From contig JBFWNE010000003.1 of assembly GCA_050251215.1 (NCBI GenBank), positions 20,704-52,703 on the forward strand: a stretch of 32,000 bases of DNA, given 5' to 3'. Below, in pieces: positions 14,568 to 23,296 of the stretch (the stretch's first letter is position 1; the number at the start of each line of letters is the position of its first letter). This stretch comes from Candidatus Nanopelagicales bacterium (lineage in GTDB: Bacteria; Actinomycetota; Actinomycetes; S36-B12; CAIYMF01). Position numbers and translations under genes: made by a program. The notes under the pieces were generated by a model. It made no database searches. It had not been told where the DNA came from and worked only from the letters and a program-made list of their open reading frames with translations.

Positions 14568-17500
14568 TCACGCCAGTCCTGCGTAACGGTCGACGAAGGC
14601 GATGAGGCGGTCGAGGACGGTGCGCTTCTTGGTGGCGTGGCCGGCGTCGGGAGCGAACCGGGACACCGGGGGCAGGATGCGGGTGATCGCTGTCCCGGTC
14701 GTAGGGACTGCTCCATCTCGGAACGCGTCGTTGACGAACGCGCGGGTCTCCTCCGGGCGGAGGCGCTCGCTGGTGATGATGTCCTCGAGCTCCGCCGTGC
14801 GGCGCGCGGCGAGGAAGGCCTGCCACTGGTCGCGGGTGTCGCCAGTGATCGAGACCTGCTCGATGAAGGCAAGGATGAGGTCGCGCTTGTTGCGCAGCGA
14901 CGGGCTGGAGTCGATGGCGCGCGTGACTGCCTCGGAGTCGATGACGCGGTCCTCGCCGTCGCCGTGCTCGGTGCGCCAGGTGTCGATGAGGGCGAGGATG
15001 TAGTCGACGCCGACCTCGACCTGCTTGATGAGCTCGATCTCGAAGACGACGTCGTCGTTGATCGACGCCTTCTGCGCGGCGTCGACGGTGCGGAACTCGG
15101 CGTAGAGGTCGAGGTAGACCGACCGGTAGTCCTGGAACTGCCGGGGGCTCAGCGGGTCATGCCCGGTGAACTCGTCGAACGCGGTCAGGATGTTGCGCAG
15201 CCGCAGCAGCTGCCCGAACAGGGCGATGAACTCCTTCTGCGCCGCCTCCCCCACGATCACCTGCCCGAGCGGGAACCGGGCCAGCAGGTCGGTCACGACC
15301 CGGTCGTACTCGGCGTAGTAGTCGGCGTAGGGCTTGAGCAGCACGATGCCGCGGGCGTCGCGGTTGCCGAACAGGGCGAGCGCGTCGTTGGTGGCGTCCT
15401 CGAGGTCGCGGAAGGAGACGATGTTGCCGTAGGTCTTGACCGAGTTCAGGATCCGGTTGGTGCGCGAGTAGGCCTGGATGAGGCCGTGGGCGCGGAGGTT
15501 CTTGTCGACCCACAGGGTGTTCATGGTGGTGGCGTCGAACCCGGTGAGGAACATGTTGACCACGATGGCCATGTCCAGCTCGCGGGACTTCAGCCGGCCG
15601 GCGAGGTCCTTGTAGTAGCCCTGGAACCCGTCCCCGCCGGTGTCCCACGAGGTGCCGAACATGTCGTTGTAGTCCTGGATCGCGTCCTCGAGGAAGTCGC
15701 GGGAGGGCTGGTCGAGCCCGGCGGTGTCCAAGCCCTCCTCCTCGACGAAGGTTTCGGCCTCGGCCTCGTTGGCGGCGTAGGAGTAGATCAGCCCGATCCG
15801 CAGCCGCCGGTAGCCGGGGTCGGCGGCCTCGCGGGTGCGCTGCGCGGTCTCGAACGCGTTGTAGTACCGCTTCGCCGCGTCGATGGAGGCGGTCGCGAAC
15901 AAGGAGTTGAAGCCGGACAGGCGCTTGTCGCCGAGACGGTAGGTGGCGGTGCGCTTGGTCTTCTGGTCGTAGTGGTCGAGCACGTAGTCCACGACCTGGC
16001 CGAGCCGGGTGGGGTCGAGCAGGGCGCGCTCGGTGTCGATCGCGGACACCTGCGCGTCGGGAAGGGACGCCGGGGCCTTGATGGTGTTGACGTAGTCGAT
16101 GCGGAACGGCAGGACGTTCTTGTCGTTGATCGCGTCGACGATCGTGTAGGTGTGCAGCCGGTCGCCGAAGGCCTGCTCCGTGGTGCGCAGCGCGACCGTG
16201 CCGGTGGTGCCGGCGTTCTCGGCGAAGATGGGCGTGCCGGTGAACCCGAACAGGTGGTAGCGGGTGAACGCCTTCTCGATCGCGGTGTGCATCTCCCCGA
16301 ACTGGGAGCGGTGGCACTCGTCGAAGATCAGCACCACGTGCCCGGAGTAGATGGCGTGGCCGGCGTTGGTCTTCACGAACGTCGCGAGCTTCTGGATCGT
16401 GGTCACGATGATCCGTGACGACGGGTCTTCCAGCCGGCGCTTGAGGTGGGCGGTGTTCGTCGTGCCGTCAACGGCGCCCTTCTCGAACCGGTCGTACTCC
16501 CGCTGGGTCTGGTAGTCCAGGTCCTTGCGGTCGACCACGAACAGCACCTTGTCCACTCCGTCGAGGCGGGATGCCAGCTGCGCGGCCTTGAACGACGTCA
16601 GCGTCTTGCCCGACCCGGTCGTGTGCCAGACGTACCCGCCGGCGGCGACCGTGCCCAACTGCTTGTGGTTGGTGGACGTGGCGATTCGCTGGAGGATCCG
16701 CTCGGTGGCCACGATCTGGTAAGGGCGCATGACCAGCAGCTTGCGGTCGACGTCGAAGACGCAGTACCGGGTCAGGAGGTTGAGCAGCGTGTGCTTGGCG
16801 AAGAACGTGGCAGTGAACCCGGTCAGGTCCGTGATGGGCCGGTTCTCAGCATCAGCCCACCAGGAGGTGAACTCGAAGCTGTTCGACGTCGTCCGCTTCC
16901 CGCGCCGGCTTCCCGACTGCTCCGCGAGGTGCCCAGCCCGGGTGGTGTTGGAGTAGTACTTCGTCAACGTGCCGTTGCTGATCACGAACAGTTGCACGTA
17001 CTCGAACAGGCCCGAGCCAGCCCAGAACGAATCCCGCTGGTAGCGGTCGATCTGGTGGAACGCCTCCCGGATATCCACCCCGCGGCGCTTGAGCTCCACG
17101 TGCACCATCGGCAGCCCGTTGACCAGGATCGTGACGTCGTATCGGTTCGACCGGGCCGCGCCACCGGCCTGGTCGACCTCGTACTGGTTGATCACCTGGA
17201 GCCGGTTGTTGTGCACGTGCACCTTGTCCAGGAGGTACACGTTCTTGCTCGTGCCGTCGTCGCGCTTGAGGACCTGGACGTGATCGGTCTGGATGCGGGA
17301 CGTCTTCTCGACGATGCCCTCGTTGACCCCCGCGATGCACTGGGAGAAGAACCGGTCCCACTCGGCGTCGCTGAACACGAACCCGTTCAACGCTTCCAGC
17401 TGCAGACGGAGGTTCCGCACCAGGTCGGCCTCGGACGCGATCGACACGTACTCGTACGCCTGGCCTCGCAGTTGCGAGACCAGCGCCGCCTCCAGATCCG

Positions 17501-17636
17501 CCTCGGACTGGTACGCCGACGCTTCGGAAGTCGACGGGTCGAACCGCGCCACCACGGTCGACTCGTCGCTGACCGAGATCGCCTCGAACCGCGCACCCGA
17601 CCCCGGAGCTCCCAGCTCCTCGAAGCCCTCTGCCAT
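14568..17636 (-). CDS. hsdR: Type I restriction enzyme R subunit (HsdR, family IC-like)
   Basis: 1022 aa. N-terminal nuclease region RYDVTILVNGLPMVHVELKRRG. SF2 helicase motifs (HTTGSGKT, LIFDECHRSQ, FGFTGTP, QAYSRTNR). Its ATG overlaps the hsdS stop (TGATG). Confidence 0.97.
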   Translation of the reverse strand: MAEGFEELGAPGSGARFEAISVSDESTVVARFDPSTSEASAYQSEADLEAALVSQLRGQAYEYVSIASEADLVRNLRLQLEALNGFVFSDAEWDRFFSQCIAGVNEGIVEKTSRIQTDHVQVLKRDDGTSKNVYLLDKVHVHNNRLQVINQYEVDQAGGAARSNRYDVTILVNGLPMVHVELKRRGVDIREAFHQIDRYQRDSFWAGSGLFEYVQLFVISNGTLTKYYSNTTRAGHLAEQSGSRRGKRTTSNSFEFTSWWADAENRPITDLTGFTATFFAKHTLLNLLTRYCVFDVDRKLLVMRPYQIVATERILQRIATSTNHKQLGTVAAGGYVWHTTGSGKTLTSFKAAQLASRLDGVDKVLFVVDRKDLDYQTQREYDRFEKGAVDGTTNTAHLKRRLEDPSSRIIVTTIQKLATFVKTNAGHAIYSGHVVLIFDECHRSQFGEMHTAIEKAFTRYHLFGFTGTPIFAENAGTTGTVALRTTEQAFGDRLHTYTIVDAINDKNVLPFRIDYVNTIKAPASLPDAQVSAIDTERALLDPTRLGQVVDYVLDHYDQKTKRTATYRLGDKRLSGFNSLFATASIDAAKRYYNAFETAQRTREAADPGYRRLRIGLIYSYAANEAEAETFVEEEGLDTAGLDQPSRDFLEDAIQDYNDMFGTSWDTGGDGFQGYYKDLAGRLKSRELDMAIVVNMFLTGFDATTMNTLWVDKNLRAHGLIQAYSRTNRILNSVKTYGNIVSFRDLEDATNDALALFGNRDARGIVLLKPYADYYAEYDRVVTDLLARFPLGQVIVGEAAQKEFIALFGQLLRLRNILTAFDEFTGHDPLSPRQFQDYRSVYLDLYAEFRTVDAAQKASINDDVVFEIELIKQVEVGVDYILALIDTWRTEHGDGEDRVIDSEAVTRAIDSSPSLRNKRDLILAFIEQVSITGDTRDQWQAFLAARRTAELEDIITSERLRPEETRAFVNDAFRDGAVPTTGTAITRILPPVSRFAPDAGHATKKRTVLDRLIAFVDRYAGLA

Positions 17637-18865
17637 CAGGCCACCCGTTCGGGCAGAGAGAGGAGCCGATCGCGGTAGTGCTCGTACTGCGCCCGTCGAG
17701 CAGCGATCTCCGCCGGCAAGCCGGACGACAGATCGTTGACCAGCGCATCGAAGGCGTCGAGAGCGGCCGCGATGCGCGCCTGCTCGGGCAGTGGGGGGAC
17801 GGGTAGGACCAGCGAGCGAACGATGTCCGCGTTCAGGTTCTGGACCGTGCCTGCCCCTGCACGAGAGGCCATCTCGTTGTACATGGCCGTGGAACGGAGC
17901 AAGTGGTAGAGGAAGTCGGGGACGAAGCTACTCTCGAAGTCCTTGATCGCCAGCCAGCCATCGTGGATGCAGCCTTCGATGGCCACGACGTAGGGGCGCC
18001 CGAAGCTCATCGAGTTGGACAGCACGAAGTCACCGGGCTTCACCCGTCGAGACTTCTCCGCGCCAGCTTCCGTGATGCGCTCGGCCGTCTTGGTGATGAA
18101 CTTGCCGTCGGCGGGGACGTCACCGATCTTGATCCAGTTGACACCATCCTGTCGGTCGGTGATGAACGCCTGGATGGGGCGTGGCGAAGCACCTCGGACG
18201 ATCGTGGCGATGTCTCCGAAGGGACGCTTCGGCACGTCGGAGCCTCCCGAGTAGTCGAGTAGAACGTCTCGGTAGTAGACGTACTGACGACGACGAGCGG
18301 AGAGCTCACATGCAAGCTGCGCGACCAACGTCTCCATCGCCTCTAGCACGTCGACTATCTCCCGTTGTACCTCGACGGGCGGTACGGGGATCACGATGCG
18401 AGCAAGCTGGGAACCCGACACCCGCCTCACCTTCGTGCCGCTGACGAACGGTGCCTTCTGCGACTGAAACCGCCGCGACTGGAAGCAGTAGGCGACGTAC
18501 CTCGGATCCAGCGTGTGGCGATAGATGTAGGCATCGCCGCTGACTGCGATCTCGTCAGCACCGATCCAAGCGACGGCCTTGCAGACGTCCTCATCATTCT
18601 CGCTAGTCGTCGCGATCACCAGGTCACCAGGCTGGGCCCGGCGGAGGCCTGCGCCAACTACGGGGTCTACGAAGGACACAGTCTCGCTGGCCGATGTTCC
18701 ATAGGCGGTGAAGACCTGTCCGTAGTGGATAGCACCCATCCCGCTCGCCTGCAGATCCTTCTTCTGCAGTCCGTTCCCACGGATGAACTCGCCAAGATCC
18801 CCGAGCGGTCTGTAGTGGACCCCATCCGGGCAGAGCCGCGCGATCAAGTCGTCGATGTGACTCAC
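17636..18865 (-). CDS. hsdS: Type I restriction-modification specificity subunit (HsdS), two target-recognition domains
   Basis: 409 aa. Two variable domains are separated and followed by conserved helices (IPVPPVEVQREIVDVLE...RRRQYVYYRDVLL and LPVPPLPEQARIAAALD...RRAQYEHYRDRLL). ATGA overlap with hsdM. GC content is lower than the flanks. Confidence 0.95.
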   Translation of the reverse strand: MSHIDDLIARLCPDGVHYRPLGDLGEFIRGNGLQKKDLQASGMGAIHYGQVFTAYGTSASETVSFVDPVVGAGLRRAQPGDLVIATTSENDEDVCKAVAWIGADEIAVSGDAYIYRHTLDPRYVAYCFQSRRFQSQKAPFVSGTKVRRVSGSQLARIVIPVPPVEVQREIVDVLEAMETLVAQLACELSARRRQYVYYRDVLLDYSGGSDVPKRPFGDIATIVRGASPRPIQAFITDRQDGVNWIKIGDVPADGKFITKTAERITEAGAEKSRRVKPGDFVLSNSMSFGRPYVVAIEGCIHDGWLAIKDFESSFVPDFLYHLLRSTAMYNEMASRAGAGTVQNLNADIVRSLVLPVPPLPEQARIAAALDAFDALVNDLSSGLPAEIAARRAQYEHYRDRLLSLPERVA

Positions 18866-20430
18866 GCCTGGCCGCTCTCGAGATCCGCAACTACGGCGTC
18901 GACCTTGGCACGGAGCTCCGCCTGACGCGCGACGATGCGAGCGATCTCCTCGTTCAGCTCCGTGATGTCGACGGCATCGCGGGTGTCCTCGGCCTCCACG
19001 TAGGAGGAGACGGCGATGTTGTAGCCGTTCCCTGCGATGGTGGCGTGATCGACGAGTGCGGCCATGTGCGGTATGTCGGCGCGGTTGGTGAAGGCGTCAA
19101 GGATGGCCCGCTGGTGCTCATCGGTCAGCTTGTTCTTGTTGCCCTGGCGCACGAACTGACCGGACCCGTCGATGAAGAGGATCTTGTTGTCAGTCTTCGA
19201 CTTCCTGAGCACGATGATGCAGGTCGCGATCGTCGTGCCGAAGAATAGGTCGGGGGGAAGCTGGATGACCGTGTCGACGTAGTTGTTGTCGACGAGGTAC
19301 TGGCGGATCTTGGCCTCGGCGCCTCCGCGGTAGAGCACTCCGGGGAACTCGACGATCGCCGCGGTCCCGTTGACCGCGAGCCAGTGCAGGATGTGCATCG
19401 TGAACGCGAGGTCGGCCTTGCTCTTGGGCGCGAGCACGCCCGCCGGCGCGTAGCGGGGGTCGTTGATGAGCAGCGGGTTGGCGTCGCCTTCCCACTTGAT
19501 GCTGTACGGCGGGTTGGACACGATCGCCTCGAACGGCTCGTCGTCCCAGTGAGCAGGGTCGGTGAGGGTGTCGCCGTGGGCGATGTCGAACTTCTCGAAG
19601 TTGATGTCGTGCAGGAACATGTTGATGCGGCACAGGTTGTAGGTCGTGAGGTTGATCTCCTGGCCGAAGTAGCCCTGGCGCACCTTGTCATGGCCGAGGA
19701 CCTTGTCGAACTTCAGCAGCAGAGATCCCGAGCCGCAGGCAGGGTCGTAGACCTTGTTGACCTCGGTCTTGCCGACCACGGTGATGCGGGCGAGGAGCTC
19801 GGAGACCTCCTGCGGCGTGTAGTACTCCCCGCCGGACTTGCCGGCGCTAGAGGCGTACATCGCCATGAGGTACTCGTAGGCATCGCCGAACGCGTCGATG
19901 GTGTTGCCGGCGTGGCCGAGCTTGAGATCGCCGATCGCGTCGAGAAGCTTGACCAGCTTCTCGTTGCGCTTCGCGACGGTCGGGCCGAGCTTGGGCGAGT
20001 TCACGTCGAGGTCGTCGAACAGGCCCTTGAAGTCGTCCTCTGAGTCGGTGCCCACCGCGGACGCCTCGATCCGGGTGAACACCCTCGACAGGGTCTCGTT
20101 GAGGTCCTGGTCGTGACGTGCCCGGGCTCGCACGTTGACGAACAGGTCGGAGGGAAGGATGTAGAAGCCCTTCTCCTTGACCGTCTCGGCGCGGCCGAAC
20201 TCGGCCTGGTCGTCGGGCAGTGCGGCGTAGCTGAACTGCTCGTTGCCGGCGCGGTGTTCCGCGTCGTCGAGGTAGACGGTGAGGTTCTCCGAGATGAACC
20301 GGTAGAACAGGATCCCGAGCACGTAGGCCTTGAAGTCCCACCCGTCGACGCTGCCCCGCAGATCGTTGGCGATCCGCCAGATCGTCTTGTGCAGTTCGGC
20401 CCGCTCGGTCTCCTTGGTCGCCCCGTTCAC
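18862..20430 (-). CDS. hsdM: Type I restriction-modification N6-adenine DNA methyltransferase subunit (HsdM)
   Basis: HsdM N-terminal domain (IWRIANDLRGSVDGWDFKAYVLGILFYRFISE). AdoMet motif DPACGSGSLL. Catalytic NPPY (IVSNPPYSIKW). AGGAGGGG SD 8 nt before the GTG at 20430; the track ORF extends to 20577. Confidence 0.96.
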   Translation of the reverse strand: MNGATKETERAELHKTIWRIANDLRGSVDGWDFKAYVLGILFYRFISENLTVYLDDAEHRAGNEQFSYAALPDDQAEFGRAETVKEKGFYILPSDLFVNVRARARHDQDLNETLSRVFTRIEASAVGTDSEDDFKGLFDDLDVNSPKLGPTVAKRNEKLVKLLDAIGDLKLGHAGNTIDAFGDAYEYLMAMYASSAGKSGGEYYTPQEVSELLARITVVGKTEVNKVYDPACGSGSLLLKFDKVLGHDKVRQGYFGQEINLTTYNLCRINMFLHDINFEKFDIAHGDTLTDPAHWDDEPFEAIVSNPPYSIKWEGDANPLLINDPRYAPAGVLAPKSKADLAFTMHILHWLAVNGTAAIVEFPGVLYRGGAEAKIRQYLVDNNYVDTVIQLPPDLFFGTTIATCIIVLRKSKTDNKILFIDGSGQFVRQGNKNKLTDEHQRAILDAFTNRADIPHMAALVDHATIAGNGYNIAVSSYVEAEDTRDAVDITELNEEIARIVARQAELRAKVDAVVADLESGQA

Positions 20431-20648
20431 GTTTCGCTTCCCCTCCTGGCCGGCGTCACCGGCACCACTCCCTGGGCCGCTCGACCGTGATACCTCACAA
20501 GCGCGTCGCGATCGAGTGGAACTCCGGCGCGCGGTCGACGGACCCCTGGTTCCGCCGAACACCCTAGCCACGCGCAACGACAGTCCAGCGGATCACTCGC
20601 CAGCAACCCGCGGTGCACCACCGTCACGGGCGAGCGCGGGGTGAGTGA

Positions 20649-20846
20649 CTACTCGGGCCGCCTTCCACGAACAGCGCCTACGAGCGCCACGAAGCGGTCG
20701 AGGACCTCGAGGGCGTGGCGCTGCCGGGCTCGCGGCATGAACACCGAGGCCACCCCGAAGATCAGCACGACGACCACGGCCACGGCGACGGCCGTTGCGA
20801 GAATCGACACGGCGAACGTCGATGCGCTTGCGATCTCCAGCCACAT
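20649..20846 (-). CDS. small single-pass membrane protein (65 aa)
   Basis: GAGGAGG SD about 9 nt before the ATG at 20846. High GC3. One clear TM helix (FAVSILATAVAVAVVVVLIFGVASVF) followed by a basic tail. Confidence 0.55.
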   Translation of the reverse strand: MWLEIASASTFAVSILATAVAVAVVVVLIFGVASVFMPRARQRHALEVLDRFVALVGAVRGRRPE

Positions 20847-20999
20847 CCGGCACCACCTCCTCGATCACCAGCATGCGGCCAGAATCCGAGCTCCCTGGTA
20901 CAGTGCGATGACGGCTTGATCCGTCTGGTCGAAGTCCGAGATGTGAGGATGCAAGGAGTACTTCAGACAGGACAAGACGTTGCGATCAAGGAGTCACGA

Positions 21000-22004
21000 T
21001 TGGTCACGAGTCCCGCGCGGCTCGCCGATGCGCGCCAGGATCGGCTCCTGCGACTCCGCGACAAGAAGCAGTTGCCTCGCGTCCTCCACGCGTTGCACGA
21101 GGAGTGGGCTGACGGGCTCCAGCCAGAACGGGTGCTGTTCCGCCTCGGGGTGGCCAAGCTGGCCAAGCCAGCGAAGGGCCCTTACAGCGACCGGAAGCTC
21201 CCTCCGCGGGAGCAGCGTCCCCCAATCACCCGCCTGATCGCTCCGCGGAGCGCCGCGCTCGATCTCCTCACCACAGCCGTCTTCTTGGCGCAGTGCGAGG
21301 CTCATCCGGGTCGGGCACCGCGAGTTCTCCGGCCGCTGACGCCCGACGTAGCGGTGGACGAAGAGGCTCCCAGAGCCTGGTCCGACCTTCTCGCTCTGGA
21401 CGCGCGTCATGCGCCAGGGGGCAAGACGCACTACACGCCCCAGGACAACAGAATCCGCCAGCTTCGGTCCGCCGTGAAGAGGCTCGCGGACCCTGATGTG
21501 CAGCTGGTCTCGCTGCCGAACGCGGTGGCCCGTGTAGGGCGATTCGACGAGCTTCGACTGCTGTTGGAGTCTGGCCCGCAGGGTGCCAGCGAGATCCCTT
21601 ACAAGGTGCCGGTAGCCCGCGAGGCCTGCTTCTCGCTGCCCAGCACGTTCTTCCTCAACGGGTGGCACTCGGTGCTCACGAACTCCGAAGTCGCGCTCCT
21701 GTTCTGCCTCCTCGCCCATCGTGCCCAGCGAGCGCCCTGGGGTGACGAGGTGGTCGCCATCGACGGCGAGACCCGGGTGCACACGTTCGGTCTCGGTCCG
21801 GACGCGTACGCGACCCACCGCGAGTTGGCCGCGTTCGGTCTGATCGAGGTCGTTGTCGATGAGGGACGGCGCGAAGACGGGACGTACGCCGGCTTCAGCG
21901 AGGCTGAGCAGCCCAAGCTCCATCGGTTGCGCGTGGTCGAGGCCGGGTTCGAGAAGCGGGCCGACGCCGTGGTGCCGGCGACGTTGAAGGGCCTCGGTCG
22001 GTGA
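21000..22004 (+). CDS. hypothetical protein (334 aa), possible C-terminal winged-helix region
   Basis: AAGGAG SD 6 nt before a TTG at 21000, and GC3 jumps from low to high exactly there. An alternative ATG lies at 20949. No family recognised; SVLTNSEVALLFCLLAHR...ELAAFGLIEV looks HTH-like. Confidence 0.6.
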   Translation: MVTSPARLADARQDRLLRLRDKKQLPRVLHALHEEWADGLQPERVLFRLGVAKLAKPAKGPYSDRKLPPREQRPPITRLIAPRSAALDLLTTAVFLAQCEAHPGRAPRVLRPLTPDVAVDEEAPRAWSDLLALDARHAPGGKTHYTPQDNRIRQLRSAVKRLADPDVQLVSLPNAVARVGRFDELRLLLESGPQGASEIPYKVPVAREACFSLPSTFFLNGWHSVLTNSEVALLFCLLAHRAQRAPWGDEVVAIDGETRVHTFGLGPDAYATHRELAAFGLIEVVVDEGRREDGTYAGFSEAEQPKLHRLRVVEAGFEKRADAVVPATLKGLGR

Positions 22005-22234
22005 CCAGCAACGCCCCTCCCTATCCGGGCTCCAAGGCAACGCGACCGACGAGTGCCGCTTCTTTCGCACAGGATTCGCACAACTCGGTGCCTCGCGAGC
22101 GCCTATCTGGCGCCTCCTTCTGTCCTCGCCGTGTGCAACAGTGCAGGTCAGAGCCCTAGAGGGGCCGAGGATCACGGAGGTTCTGGTGGTACTACGACAT
22201 CTGAGCCGTACCCACCCGGACACCGCGTTCAGCG

Positions 22235-22269
22235 GGAAGGCCCGTCCCTCGCACGAGGGCGGGCCTTCC
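22235..22269 (+). terminator. strong stem-loop (15 bp, one bulge), terminator or 5' leader structure
   Basis: GGAAGGCCCGTCCCTC, loop GCAC, GAGGGCGGGCCTTCC. It lies 231 nt after the 334-aa gene and ends 27 nt before the ATG at 22297. No U-tract. Confidence 0.35.
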
Positions 22270-22296
22270 TGCCGACGTGGACGTGGCGGATGCAGC

Positions 22297-23217
22297 ATGG
22301 TTGAGTCGCCGACTGTGACCTCGCTGCCCTACTACGACGCCGACGCGGTGATGGCGCTCGGGTACGCCGGTGCGGCCGAGGCGATCGCACGCGCGCTGCG
22401 CGACGGTGTCGACCCGGCGGCGGGCATCGCGCGCAGCGGCGTCGACCTCGCGCATGGACGCATGCTGCTCATGCCCGCGGAGACCACGACCGGCACGGGC
22501 ATCAAGCTCGTCACGATCGCACCCGGTAACCCGGAGCGCGGCCTGCCGCTGGTGCACGCGACGTACCTCCTGCTCGACCGCGAGACCCTCGCGCCTGCAG
22601 CGGTGCTCGACGGTACGGCGCTCACCACGCTGCGCACGCCGGCCCTGTCCGTGGCAGCAGCACTCCCCCGCCTGCCCGAGCGCCCGCTCCGGCTCGCCGT
22701 GATCGGCCACGGCACGCAGGCCCGGGGGCATGCGGCCGCTTTCGCCGCGGTGCGCCCGATCGAGGCGACGACGTACCTCGTCCGCGACCCCGGCCGCGCC
22801 GCCATGCCCGCGACGCGGCTCGGCACGAGCGAGGCGCGGCAGGTCCTGCGCGGCGCGGACGTAATCGTGTGCGCGACGACCGCCCGCTCCCCCGCGCTGC
22901 AGGACGCCGACGTGCGGGACGACGCGGTCGTCGTCGCCGTCGGTGCGTACGAGCCCGACGCGCGCGAGCTCGACGGCGCGCTCCTCGCGCGGTCCTCGGT
23001 GCTGGTCGAGGACGTGGGCACCGCGCTGCGCGAGGCGGGCGATGTGGTGCTCGCCATCGCCGAGGGGCACCTCGACGAGCGCCGCCTCCTCACCCTGCGC
23101 GGGGTGCTGACGGGATCGGACGACGTCCCGGCCGACCGCCCGCTCGTGATCAAGACCGTCGGCATGGCGTGGGAGGACCTCGCCGTCGCCGAGGCCGTCG
23201 TGGCCGGCCCGGGCTGA
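22297..23217 (+). CDS. ornithine cyclodeaminase / mu-crystallin family protein
   Basis: GIKLVTIAPGNPERGLP, DGTALTTLRTPALSVAAA and the Rossmann motif AVIGHGTQARGH are typical of the OCD/mu-crystallin family. The track ORF has a 52-codon upstream extension that runs through the hairpin. Confidence 0.88.
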   Translation: MVESPTVTSLPYYDADAVMALGYAGAAEAIARALRDGVDPAAGIARSGVDLAHGRMLLMPAETTTGTGIKLVTIAPGNPERGLPLVHATYLLLDRETLAPAAVLDGTALTTLRTPALSVAAALPRLPERPLRLAVIGHGTQARGHAAAFAAVRPIEATTYLVRDPGRAAMPATRLGTSEARQVLRGADVIVCATTARSPALQDADVRDDAVVVAVGAYEPDARELDGALLARSSVLVEDVGTALREAGDVVLAIAEGHLDERRLLTLRGVLTGSDDVPADRPLVIKTVGMAWEDLAVAEAVVAGPG

Positions 23218-23296
23218 CCTGCGATTCGCCGGAATGACAACGTCAGCCTCACTAGGGTCGAGACGACGCAACCGGCGAGCAGGAGGGGGTCCTGCC

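Noticed and set aside
14403-16418. 671-aa plus-strand ORF (and other long ORFs) antisense to hsdR
   Set aside because: It is a Gly/Val/Asp/Arg-rich mirror of the hsdR codons with no family motifs. The minus strand carries unmistakable HsdR helicase and nuclease motifs. This is a typical high-GC shadow ORF.
17636-18865. Phase-variable (shufflon-type) hsdS driven by the nearby tyrosine recombinases
   Set aside because: There is only one hsdS gene. I saw no silent or inverted hsdS fragments or TRD-flanking inverted repeats, and the recombinases lie 7 kb away, separated by other genes.
20715-20999. N-terminal extension of the 334-aa ORF (track start 20715, alternative ATG 20949)
   Set aside because: The extension is His/Asp/Gly-rich with poor GC3. 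It overlaps the well-supported 65-aa gene on the other strand. GC3 rises sharply only after the TTG at 21000, which has an AAGGAG SD.
22064-22082. Direct repeat TTCGCACA-GGA-TTCGCACA in the intergenic region before the cyclodeaminase-family gene
   Set aside because: An 8-mer repeated at short range in about 290 bp is only borderline unlikely by chance. I found no supporting palindrome and have no conservation information.
3022-22296. Direct repeats (att-like) at the two island edges, and a flanking tRNA gene
   Set aside because: By-eye comparison of 3022-3462 with 22005-22296 found only chance-level 8-mers such as GTGCCTCG. No T-arm-like GGTTCGAATCC motif or cloverleaf was seen. This needs a computed repeat search.
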